From: an uncultured Collinsella sp.
GTDB taxonomy: Bacteria > Actinomycetota > Coriobacteriia > Coriobacteriales > Coriobacteriaceae
DNA: 64,000 nucleotides
Direction of reading: 5' to 3'
Assembly: GCA_965146285.1 (NCBI GenBank)
Contig: CBCTFW010000012.1
Location: 72-64,071, forward strand
The translations under genes and the position numbers were made by a program. Of this stretch, positions 48,719 to 57,800 are shown in pieces. Every line of letters starts with the position of its first letter. Within the stretch, counting starts at the first letter, position 1. The notes below the pieces were generated by a model. The model saw nothing but the letters and a program-made list of their open reading frames with translations. It did no database searches and was not told the DNA's origin.

Positions 48719-50746
48719 CTACGGCCGCTCGTTGGGGGCCAGGCGCTGCATCTTGTTCACAGCCTTGAACTTGGTGAACAGCGGCACGTACTCAAAGCTC
48801 ACGTTGGAGTTCTCCAGGCCGTACCAACGCGCGGGCGTGCCGGCGGCACGGCGGATGATGTACTTGAGCGTGATAGCCGTACGCTCGCTCGGCTCCACAT
48901 CGCTTTCGGGTGCCAGCAGCTTACGGATCAGGACGAACTTGAACGTACCGATGTTACCCGGATCCTTGTAGACCGAGTAGTCATGCGTCTGCGGCGGCAG
49001 CTCGCCAGTGGCAGCCAGGTCCTGAACAACCTGACGCAGGTAGGCATTGACGCGCTGGTTGATCTTGTATCCCAGGTACAGATGCACGCGGAACACGTAG
49101 TCGGTGCCGAACGTCTCGACCGAATAGGCAAAGGTGTGCGGCTCGTCCATGGTCTCGACATTCACGAACCACCAGGCGCGGGCGCGCTTGGGATGCTTGT
49201 CCAAGATCGAGTAGACGATATCACGGTCGATGTAGTCGGTATGGGTGTCCTTGGTCAGGTACACGATGTTGTCGCTCAGGCGCTCGTAGCGATCGTCATC
49301 GCGCAGGCGCTTGAGCTGCGGCAGGTAGCTGCGCAGCGGCAGCAGCGTAAACTGGCGCTGCTCAACAGCCGTACCGTTGTACCAGCACACCATGATGCCC
49401 ATGATGAGCGCGGCCATGAGGATGGTGAAATAGCCGCCGTGGAAGAACTTGGTGAGCGAGCTCACGAAGAAGAAGCCTTCGAGCAAAAGGAAGAAGGCCG
49501 CGAAGATCCACGGCGCGACCTTGAGCTTGCGCTCCTCGTGCAGGTAGAAGAAGAGCAGCAGCGTGGTGCACATCATAGTCAGCGTAATGGCAAGGCCGTA
49601 GGCGGCTTCCATATGCGCCGAGTTCTGGAACAGCAGCACCACAATGACGCAGCCGACAAGCATGACGTTGTTGACCATGGGGATGTAGAGCTGGCCCTTG
49701 GTCTCGGCAGGGTAGAAGACCTGCATGTGCGGCATGAGGTCCAGACGGCTGGCCTCGGACACCAGCGAGAATGCGCCGGTGATGAGCGCCTGCGAGGCAA
49801 TGATGGCCGCGACGGTAGAAAGGCCGACGGCAAACGGGCGCAGGCCCGGGGCGAGCATCTGGTAGAACGGGTTGAGATCGGCAATGCCCATGAGCTCGGG
49901 GTTGGCAGCGTTGTTCATAAGCCAAGCGCCCTGGCCCATATAGGACAGCAGCAGGCAGCACTTAACGAACGGCCAGGTAGCGTAGATGTTGCCGCGGCCG
50001 ACGTGGCCCATGTCGGAGTAGAGCGCCTCGGCACCGGTGGTGGCGAGGAAGCAGCTGCCCAGAATCATGATGCCCGCGTGGTTGTTGGGGCTCAACAAAA
50101 AGGCGATGCCGCGGAGCGGGTTGAGGCACAGCAGCACGGCGGGGTGCTGTAAGACAAAGAACAGACCCGTGCCGCCCAGGAATAGGAACCACAGCGTCAT
50201 GATGGGGCCAAAGGCGTGACCGATCTTGGCCGTACCGATGCGCTGTACCAAGAAGAGCACGATGATGATGGCGAGCGTAATGGCGACGACGCGGCCCTGG
50301 TCATCGCCCAGCACGGCATGAACCGCCGGGATAGTGCGCAGGCCCTCGATGGCCGTGGTAACGGTAACGGCCGGCGTCAGGATGCCGTCGGCGAGCAACG
50401 CGGCGCCACCCAGCATGGCGGGGATGATAAGCCACTTGCCGCAACGCTTGACCAGGCTGTACAGGGCAAAGATGCCGCCCTCGCCATGGTTATCGGCGCG
50501 CAGCGAGATGAGCACATACTTGATGGTGGTCAGCAGCGTGACCGTCCACACGACAAGGGAGAGCGCGCCGAGCACGAACTCCTCCGTGACGCTTCCGATG
50601 CCGCCGTTGCCGGCAACGAGCGCCTTGGTTACATACATAGGGCTGGTGCCGATATCGCCGTACACCACGCCCAGCGTGACGAGCATCGCCGAGATGCTCA
50701 CAGGAATCGCAGCGTGCGAGGCTGCCTCCTTGGCCTTTTGTTCCAT
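48719..50746 (-). CDS. kup: KUP/HAK/KT potassium transporter
   Basis: LGVVYGDIGTSPMY, ADNHGEGG, DGILTPA, TGAEALYSDMGH, IASQA, GQLYIP, AAYG. Confidence 0.96.
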   Translation of the reverse strand: MEQKAKEAASHAAIPVSISAMLVTLGVVYGDIGTSPMYVTKALVAGNGGIGSVTEEFVLGALSLVVWTVTLLTTIKYVLISLRADNHGEGGIFALYSLVKRCGKWLIIPAMLGGAALLADGILTPAVTVTTAIEGLRTIPAVHAVLGDDQGRVVAITLAIIIVLFLVQRIGTAKIGHAFGPIMTLWFLFLGGTGLFFVLQHPAVLLCLNPLRGIAFLLSPNNHAGIMILGSCFLATTGAEALYSDMGHVGRGNIYATWPFVKCCLLLSYMGQGAWLMNNAANPELMGIADLNPFYQMLAPGLRPFAVGLSTVAAIIASQALITGAFSLVSEASRLDLMPHMQVFYPAETKGQLYIPMVNNVMLVGCVIVVLLFQNSAHMEAAYGLAITLTMMCTTLLLFFYLHEERKLKVAPWIFAAFFLLLEGFFFVSSLTKFFHGGYFTILMAALIMGIMVCWYNGTAVEQRQFTLLPLRSYLPQLKRLRDDDRYERLSDNIVYLTKDTHTDYIDRDIVYSILDKHPKRARAWWFVNVETMDEPHTFAYSVETFGTDYVFRVHLYLGYKINQRVNAYLRQVVQDLAATGELPPQTHDYSVYKDPGNIGTFKFVLIRKLLAPESDVEPSERTAITLKYIIRRAAGTPARWYGLENSNVSFEYVPLFTKFKAVNKMQRLAPNERP

Positions 50747-50827
50747 AAGCCGGTTTCCTCCCAACTTTAATGTTCGAAGGGATTATAGGTAATCGGCCCA
50801 TGTTTTAATGCACTGTTTTCCCAGCTA

Positions 50828-50852
50828 GATAAAGATTTATACAGTCTTTAGG
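50828..50852. promoter_or_regulatory. Candidate KdpE box upstream of kup
   Basis: TTTA direct repeats 11 bp apart (TTTATACAGTCTTTA), resembling the E. coli kdp box TTTATA..TTTACA. Confidence 0.45.
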
Positions 50853-50871
50853 CCACCGCGGCGATATGAAG

Positions 50872-50900
50872 TGTGACAAAGGGACTATCCCCTTGTCACA
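50872..50900. repeat. 29-bp REP-like palindrome copy
   Basis: TGTGACAAAGGGACTATCCCCTTGTCACA. Confidence 0.8.
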
Positions 50901-50904
50901 TTCG

Positions 50905-51780
50905 TCATTTTCCGAGCCAGTTTTTGAACCACCACTCCATGGAGCGGCTCATCTCGGCCATAAAGGGGCTCGTGTGCTTGCGGGTGTAGATATCCACGAC
51001 GCGCTCCCCCACCTCGCGGGCGTGCGGGCGAAACATCGCATCCATCTCGGCCACCTGCGCGTCCATGGTCGCAGCATCGGCGCGGCAGTAGCGCTCCTCG
51101 TGCACCAGGTTCACCACGGGGTGCGCGATTGCCGGGCGCTCCTTACGGGGCGTGCCGATGATGAGCATCGACAGCGGCATGGTATAGGGCGGCAGATCGA
51201 GCAGCTCGGCAACTTCCTCGGCATTCTCGACGATATCACCGATGTAGCAGCTCCCCAGGCCCAGGGCCTCGGCGGCAACCACGGCGTTTTGCGCGGCGAT
51301 CACGGCGTCCTGGGCCGCGATGGCAAAGTCGCCCAGACCTGGTGCACGACGGGGCGCCTTGCCCGTGCGCTCGACAAACTCGGGCTCAAAGCAGCCCACG
51401 TGCTCAAACAGATCGATCCACTTGGCATAATCGACCACAAATATTAGTGCCCAGGGCGCCTTGGCGATCATGGGCTGGTGGTCGCACAGGTCGGCCAGAC
51501 GGTCGAGCGTAGCCTGCTCACGAATGCTCACGATGGAATACATCATCATGGCGCCCGCCGACGGCGCGCGACTCGCCGCATGCAGAATCGCCGCCCGCTG
51601 CTCGTCGGTCACCGCCACGGGACGGTCGTCGTCATCACGCGCGAAGGCACGCGTGGAGGAACGGTGCTCCAACGTGTCCAGCACCGCATTGCCCGTCGTC
51701 TCGACCGGATAGCCGTTCGCATCCACGCCCGCAGCTCCGCCGCAGTACTCGGCACCCGTCATACAAACCTGCTCGCCCAT
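50905..51780 (-). CDS. Nitroreductase / NADPH-flavin oxidoreductase (NfsA/Frp family)
   Basis: RSSTRAF, RAPSAG, DAVIAAQNAVVAAEALGLGSCYIG. Confidence 0.9.
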   Translation of the reverse strand: MGEQVCMTGAEYCGGAAGVDANGYPVETTGNAVLDTLEHRSSTRAFARDDDDRPVAVTDEQRAAILHAASRAPSAGAMMMYSIVSIREQATLDRLADLCDHQPMIAKAPWALIFVVDYAKWIDLFEHVGCFEPEFVERTGKAPRRAPGLGDFAIAAQDAVIAAQNAVVAAEALGLGSCYIGDIVENAEEVAELLDLPPYTMPLSMLIIGTPRKERPAIAHPVVNLVHEERYCRADAATMDAQVAEMDAMFRPHAREVGERVVDIYTRKHTSPFMAEMSRSMEWWFKNWLGK

Positions 51781-51993
51781 AGCTCTATCCTCGCTAATTC
51801 TTTAAGAAGCTTTTACGTTTCCGTGTAATTCCCGTCCATTATCGCGCAGGTCGCCACTACATTGCGCCACACCGCCACACGTGCGCGTTAATATGGCTGG
51901 TTGTTGTGCGCAGACACCAATTGCAGCGCATATCTTGGTAACAATCGGGTAAACCCCCGCTTTCGTACGTTTTAGTTTGTGAGGAGTCTCAGC

Positions 51994-54294
51994 ATGTTCG
52001 CTGCCGCCATCTCGCTCGTCGGTCTTGCGGCGACCGTCTACCTTGTCTTGCGCGAGGCCAAGGCCATTCGCGCTCAGTCGGGCACCGTTGCCAAAAGCGC
52101 TCTTGGGTGGAGCGTCGCCTTCGGCCTGTTCCAGCTCTTTTTGACCATTTGGGGCGCCATTGGCCTCGTCGCCCAAAACGAGCCGCTCGCCTTTGTGATG
52201 CTCATCCTGACCAACGCCATCCTCACCGGCTGCGCTTGGGCCAGCATCGCACGCGACCGCATCGCCCCGCGCGTCTTTGCGTTCGCCGCGCCCGACGCCC
52301 CCGCTCCCACCGGCAAGCTCGCCCGCCTGCGCGGCGCCTTTGTGGGCAAGCCACTCGTCGCCGCCGTGCTGTGCCTGCTGCTCGCCGGCGTCTTTGCGCT
52401 GCTAGGCATGGAGGTATCGTCCAACCACGACTTTACCTGGGTCTACCCCCTGTGCATCCTGCTCGAGTGGGCCATCATCACCACGCTCATGGTCGGCCTG
52501 TTCTTCCTGTTCCAGCGCCATGGCGCAGCTCCCGCGGTCCTGGCCTTTGCCCTCTTTGTCCTGGGCATTGCCGAGTTCTTCGTCATCACGTTTAAATCCA
52601 TGCCCATCCAGCCGGGCGACCTTTCGGCCATCTCCACCGCCGCGGCGGTTGCCGGCAACGGCTACACCTTCTCGATCTCGCTGTTCTGCGTGCTGTCCAT
52701 GGGCTTTACCGCCATCGCCATGCTGCTGTGCGAGTACGCCGGCCTGGTGGCGCCGCACCGTCAGAAGGGTGCCGCCAACGCCAAGCGCATGCTGCTCACC
52801 AACCTGCTCGTGGCAGTGCTGTGCCTGGGCGGCGTGACCGCACACGTCACGCTCATCGACTACTACAACACCCTCGGCATCACCGTCTACACCTGGCGCC
52901 CGCTCGAGAGCTACTGGCGCGAGGGCTACCTGCCCGCCTTTATTAGTGCGGCGCAGTCCATCAAGCCGCCCAAACCCGCCGACTACTCCGTCGACGATGC
53001 CAAGGCCACGCTCAAAAAGTACGCCAAGGCCTACGACAAGTCCGATGCGGCCAAGAGCGACGAGCGCGCCGCCGCAAAGGAGCAGTTCGACAGCGAGAAG
53101 CCCACGGTCATCGCCATCATGAACGAGACCTTCTCGGATCTGTCGATCTACCAGAACATGCGCGCCGGCTACGAGGGCCCGCAGTACTTTAAGAGCCTGT
53201 CCAACTGCCTCAGCCGCGGCAAGCTCTACGTGAGCGCCTACGGCGGCGGCACCGCCAATACCGAGTTCGAGTTTATGACCGGCAACTCCATGGCCAACCT
53301 GGGCTCGGGCGTGTACCCCTACACCATCTACAACATGGAGACGACCGGGAACCTGGCAGAGCAGTTCAAATCGCTCGGCTATTCCACCACGGCTATGCAC
53401 CCCAACCACGCGACCAACTGGAACCGCGAGAACGTCTACAAGGACTTTGGCTTTGACCAGTTCCTGTCCATCAACGATTTCCAGGGCGCCGATACCCTGC
53501 GCGGCATGGTGACCGACCAGGCGACCTACGACAAGATTCTTGAGCTGCTCAACCAGAACGCCGATCCGCAGTTTATCTTCGACGTGACCATGCAGAACCA
53601 CTCGGGCTACGATACGGGTCTGCTGCCGGTCGATAAGCAGATGCACCTGAATATCGACACGACCGATCTGGACGCCAAAACCGTCGAGGACGGCACGCTC
53701 TCCGATGTCGACGAGTACGTCTCGTGCATCGAGCAGTCCGACCAGGCGCTTCGCTACTTCCTCAACGCCCTGAGCAAGCTCGATCGTAAGGTAGTCGTGG
53801 TGTTCTGGGGCGACCACCAGCCGTTCTTCCCGTCAAAGTTCAACGACAAGTGGTTTACCGGCGAAGACGACGCCACGCACCAGGAACGTCTGTGGCAGAC
53901 CGACTACATCATCTGGGCCAACTACGACGTTGCCGGCTGCGACCAGACAAGCGAGGTCGACGACCTGTCCACCAACTACCTGTCCACGCAGCTGATGCAG
54001 CTGATCGGCGCACCCCTCTCCGACTACCAGAAGGCGCACATGACGCTGCGCGAGTCGCTGCCCGCCATCAACTCCGTGGGCTACGAGGACGCCAGCCTGC
54101 GCTGGGCGCTCTCCTCCAACGTCACCGGCGACGACGCCGCCGCAGCAGCCGCCACCAAGGCGCGCGAGGATTACGCCAAGATGCAGTACTACGAGATGTT
54201 CCGCGACGGCAAGAACGTGTACACCGAGCACTTCCAGACCGAGGCCAACGAGACCGACCCCAACCTGGCACCGGGTACGACCAAGATCAAGTAA
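51994..54294 (+). CDS. LTA synthase family (sulfatase-like) membrane protein
   Basis: Multi-TM N-terminus; MNETF, GGGTANTEFE, TMQNH, GDHQP; GAGGAG RBS. Confidence 0.92.
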   Translation: MFAAAISLVGLAATVYLVLREAKAIRAQSGTVAKSALGWSVAFGLFQLFLTIWGAIGLVAQNEPLAFVMLILTNAILTGCAWASIARDRIAPRVFAFAAPDAPAPTGKLARLRGAFVGKPLVAAVLCLLLAGVFALLGMEVSSNHDFTWVYPLCILLEWAIITTLMVGLFFLFQRHGAAPAVLAFALFVLGIAEFFVITFKSMPIQPGDLSAISTAAAVAGNGYTFSISLFCVLSMGFTAIAMLLCEYAGLVAPHRQKGAANAKRMLLTNLLVAVLCLGGVTAHVTLIDYYNTLGITVYTWRPLESYWREGYLPAFISAAQSIKPPKPADYSVDDAKATLKKYAKAYDKSDAAKSDERAAAKEQFDSEKPTVIAIMNETFSDLSIYQNMRAGYEGPQYFKSLSNCLSRGKLYVSAYGGGTANTEFEFMTGNSMANLGSGVYPYTIYNMETTGNLAEQFKSLGYSTTAMHPNHATNWNRENVYKDFGFDQFLSINDFQGADTLRGMVTDQATYDKILELLNQNADPQFIFDVTMQNHSGYDTGLLPVDKQMHLNIDTTDLDAKTVEDGTLSDVDEYVSCIEQSDQALRYFLNALSKLDRKVVVVFWGDHQPFFPSKFNDKWFTGEDDATHQERLWQTDYIIWANYDVAGCDQTSEVDDLSTNYLSTQLMQLIGAPLSDYQKAHMTLRESLPAINSVGYEDASLRWALSSNVTGDDAAAAAATKAREDYAKMQYYEMFRDGKNVYTEHFQTEANETDPNLAPGTTKIK

Positions 54295-54313
54295 CGGCGC
54301 GTCTTAACTGGTT

Positions 54314-54444
54314 CGTCTGCCCGGCGGCGCGGAACGTAAGGTTCCCTGCTCGGACAGTCCTGCTCGCACGGAGAGCACATTAAGTGCTCTCCGGCTCGTG
54401 CGGAACTCGCGATGAACCTTACGTTCCGTGCCGCCGGGCAGACG
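54314..54444 (+). ncRNA. ~130-nt structured hairpin element, copy 1 (putative 3' UTR RNA motif or MITE)
   Basis: 31-bp outer stem, conserved internal loop, inner GGAGAGCAC-ATTAA-GTGCTCTCC hairpin; homologue at 59493-59621. Confidence 0.5.
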
Positions 54445-54499
54445 CCTCGGTGTTGAAACGCGGCTTGTCATGGGGGCATCTGCTGAACATATATAAGTT

Positions 54500-54525
54500 G
54501 AAGGCCACGTCATGTGGCCTTTTTG
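54500..54525 (+). terminator. Rho-independent terminator
   Basis: AAGGCCAC-GTCAT-GTGGCCTTTTT. Confidence 0.65.
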
Positions 54526-54530
54526 CATCC

Positions 54531-54760
54531 GGAAACCGTGTCCCAGAATTCACGTCCGGAATGGGATGCAGTTTCCGCTTGGGACCCGATTGGGAAAGTG
54601 TGTCCCACTATTCAGCTGGATTCCGGGATGTATTTTCCGGTTGAGGCTCGTTGGGAAAGTGCGTCCCACTTTGGGGGCTGATTCTGGGACGTGGTTTCCG
54701 GTTGGCTCTCATTGGGAAAGTTCATCCCATTTCTCGGCCTAATTATGGGACGCAGTTTCC
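54531..54760. repeat. Array of four 61-62-bp hairpin units
   Basis: Units start at 54531, 54593, 54654 and 54715; GGAAA-N5-TCCCA-N16-TGGGA-N5-TTTCC plus a 15-16 nt linker. Confidence 0.85.
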
Positions 54761-54784
54761 GCTTGCGGAGTCTCCACTCAACAG

Positions 54785-54822
54785 AAAACCCGGGTGGCCT
54801 GTTTTTGGCTACCCGGGTTTTT
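54785..54822. terminator. Bidirectional terminator downstream of the surface protein gene
   Basis: AAAACCCGGGTGGCC..GGCTACCCGGGTTTTT. Confidence 0.75.
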
Positions 54823-54848
54823 GGGTTGTCGATATGTTCGACTGGCTA

Positions 54849-57800
54849 CTAGTGGGTCTTGCGGCGCTTGATCAGCATGATGAGGGCTATCACTACGAGC
54901 GTTGCTCCCGCTGCTGCTGCGGTGGCGACTAGGGCGAATGTTTGGTCGCCGGTGTTTGCGAGGTTCTTCGCTGTGGTCGTAGTCTTGACCTTGGTGTCGG
55001 TCTTAGCTCCGTTGTCGGACTTGGGCTTGTCCGGGTTCGTCGGGGTCTCAGGAGTCTCGGGGTCCTTTGAGCCTTCGGAATCGGTTGGGCCGGCGGTGTT
55101 TACCAGCGTATGGTCCAGGAACTTCTTGGCGCCCGCACTTGCCTGTGAGAACAGGCGGCGCGTGCGGATCGGGGTGGCGTTCACCGTTGTGGGCGCCGTC
55201 TCCTCGGCCTCGATATTCACGAGCGTCGTGCCGGTGTCGAGGCCCACGTCGTTGTATCCCACGTGGCAGTAATACTGCGCACCGTCATCGTCTGCGGTCA
55301 GGTCAATCTCGAGCTTTGAGGCCGTTCCAGCCGCGAGGTTGCCATCGGCACCCACGAGCTTAAACTCTGTCTCGCCGCGGCCCTTGCGGTACCACATATA
55401 GGTCGGTGCCAGACCTGTTTCGCTATCGTCGGCACCGAGTTGCTTCACATGGCCAATCGCCGAGAGCGTCAGGTGGCTTCCCGCCGTGCGCTCAACCGAA
55501 GAGTCGTATCCAAGATCCGACCCCTCCGCAGCATCCGCCGCAGGTCCGCTCACGGTCATCGTCATGCCATCGGGCATGGTCTTGACCGTGATGATTGCCG
55601 AGCGAATACCTGTTTCGGTCGTGGATCCATTCTTAACGGCGGCGATGGCGAATCGATACTCCGTATTGGGCTGCAGCCCATCCCACTTGAGCGAGGTCTG
55701 CGTGTTGTCGGCAATCTTCCAGCTATTGACGACCGCATCCGCCGCATTGCTCTGCAGCATGCCCACGCCGTAGCTAAAGCCACTCTTGTTTGCGAGTACA
55801 TCGTCCCAGCTAAACGTAACGCTGGTCGAATCGACGGCGTTTGCCGTAAAGCCCGTCACGGCCGGCGCGTCGGGCATCTCGACGTCCTTAACGTCATAGC
55901 CCACGATCCAGAACTGGTCGGTGTCCTTGGTGCCGAGCTTGTCGCCCGAGTCTGCCTCGAACTTGTCGACATCCACCGCGTTGACGCCCAGACGCCACAC
56001 AAAACCGTACTTGCCCTGCGCGGCCTCGGGCAGGTTGTCGACGGTGCCGCCGTATTCGGTCGATTCACTCGAGGAGTTACCCGTAGTAAAGCCGGCGTTG
56101 GCACCAAAGCACAGGCCGCCAAACAACTCGTGCTTTGCGAGCTTCGCGCCCATGACAACGCTGCCGTTCAGCGTCAAGCCGAGCTCGAGCTCCTGCTCCT
56201 TGCCCTCCTCGACTTCGATGGTCTGCTCAATGCTCGCCCCCGACTGCGCGGCGGCGCCGTTAAACCCATCGTGCGTGTAGGCGCGCGTTACGCCAGGCTT
56301 GCCCAGGCCAAAGGAATCCCCAACGGGAGTCTCGCCGTTGAGCGTCGTTTGATAGGTTCCGGGTTCTCCCGACCGGTTGGTCAAAAAGTAGCTGAGCGGC
56401 GTCATATTGTGCTGTTTGGCAATGCGGTCATAGGCCTCGACATTAACGACCGAGGTCTGCGCGCCGAGCGACACGGGCGCCGCCATCACGCCCTTGCCAC
56501 CAGTTTCCTCATTTTCGATCTCATACTCGTAATAGACCATCGGAATCGTGTAGAGCACGGCCTTGTCACCCTCGCCGGCATGCGACTCATAGCTTACGCT
56601 TGCGCTGACCGTGCGCTCGCTCCGGTAGTCATAGCATCCCTCGGCGGCAAAATCGACTGAAGCATTCATCGCGACCAGGGGCGGACCGGTCTGCACCTCG
56701 ACGGCAACGCCCAACTCGGCGCCAATGGTATAGCCCTGGGATGTCCCCGTGCCCTTTTCCTCTCCGTATGACGTGCCGCCCAACACCAGATAGCCGTATG
56801 CCTGCTCCAGATCCTCAACATAGGGCGCATCCTGCAGCACGGCAAGCACGCGCGGGTTGGTATAGACCTTGTAGCGGTCCTTGTACGTGATCTTGACGCT
56901 GTCGTTGTCGACATCGGGCAGCGCGAGCGAGATAAATGTGCCGTAGGTAGTGCCGCGACGGTTGCTCTCGCTAATCACCTGCTCCTCGCCGCGGCGCACC
57001 TTTCCGTTCTCGTCGAGCGAAAAATGCGAGGCGGTCATCCAATAGTAGTCATCGTTCTTGCGCAGGTCCTCGTCGCGGTGCTTGCCCACCACGGCGATAA
57101 AGCTCTCGTTATAGCGGTCCGAACCCGAGACGCTGCCCGCCTTGACGTCGCTGATCCACACCTGCTCTATACCCTTGTGGTCATGCTTGTTGCTGCTGTT
57201 GTATTGCTGACCGCTCATGCTCATGGTTCCGACCATGGACCCCAAGCCCTGAGCCCCGCTCTGTGCCGTGTTGCAGGCAAAGTCGCGGAACGCATCGCCG
57301 CCCACGAGCACCTCGTCGACCGCCAGCTGCTCGGACAGGCCGTCAAGGTTGGCAGTGGCAAGGGCAATAGGCGCCAAGGTGCACGGATAGCGCTTATCCT
57401 GAGCGCTATCCTTCCATGCGCTGTTGGGCACATGCATCAGCCCATAGGAGGCGAGGAGCCCGTCTCTGTATTCCTTGCAATCGGAAAGCTTGAACTCGCC
57501 AGACTCCGAGTCAAAATACGCGTAGCGGTACAGCGCGCCGTACAGCCCCTTGCTGCCGTCAGAAGCGCCGTAATCAAAAGCGCTGCGTTGCCAGTCATAG
57601 CCCGCAAGAATAAGGCCCGTGACGGTTTCACCCGTCTTCTTTCCTTCTTCATCGTAGGCGGCAAACGTGCCGAACGTCGCATTCGCAGCGACCATGGTCT
57701 TGCCGTTCGCGGAGAGGGAGATTGCGCCCGCGTCGCCCAGAGCATCGACATGGACGAGCGCACCCTTGGATGCATCCCACGAAAACAGCTCGCAATGCGT

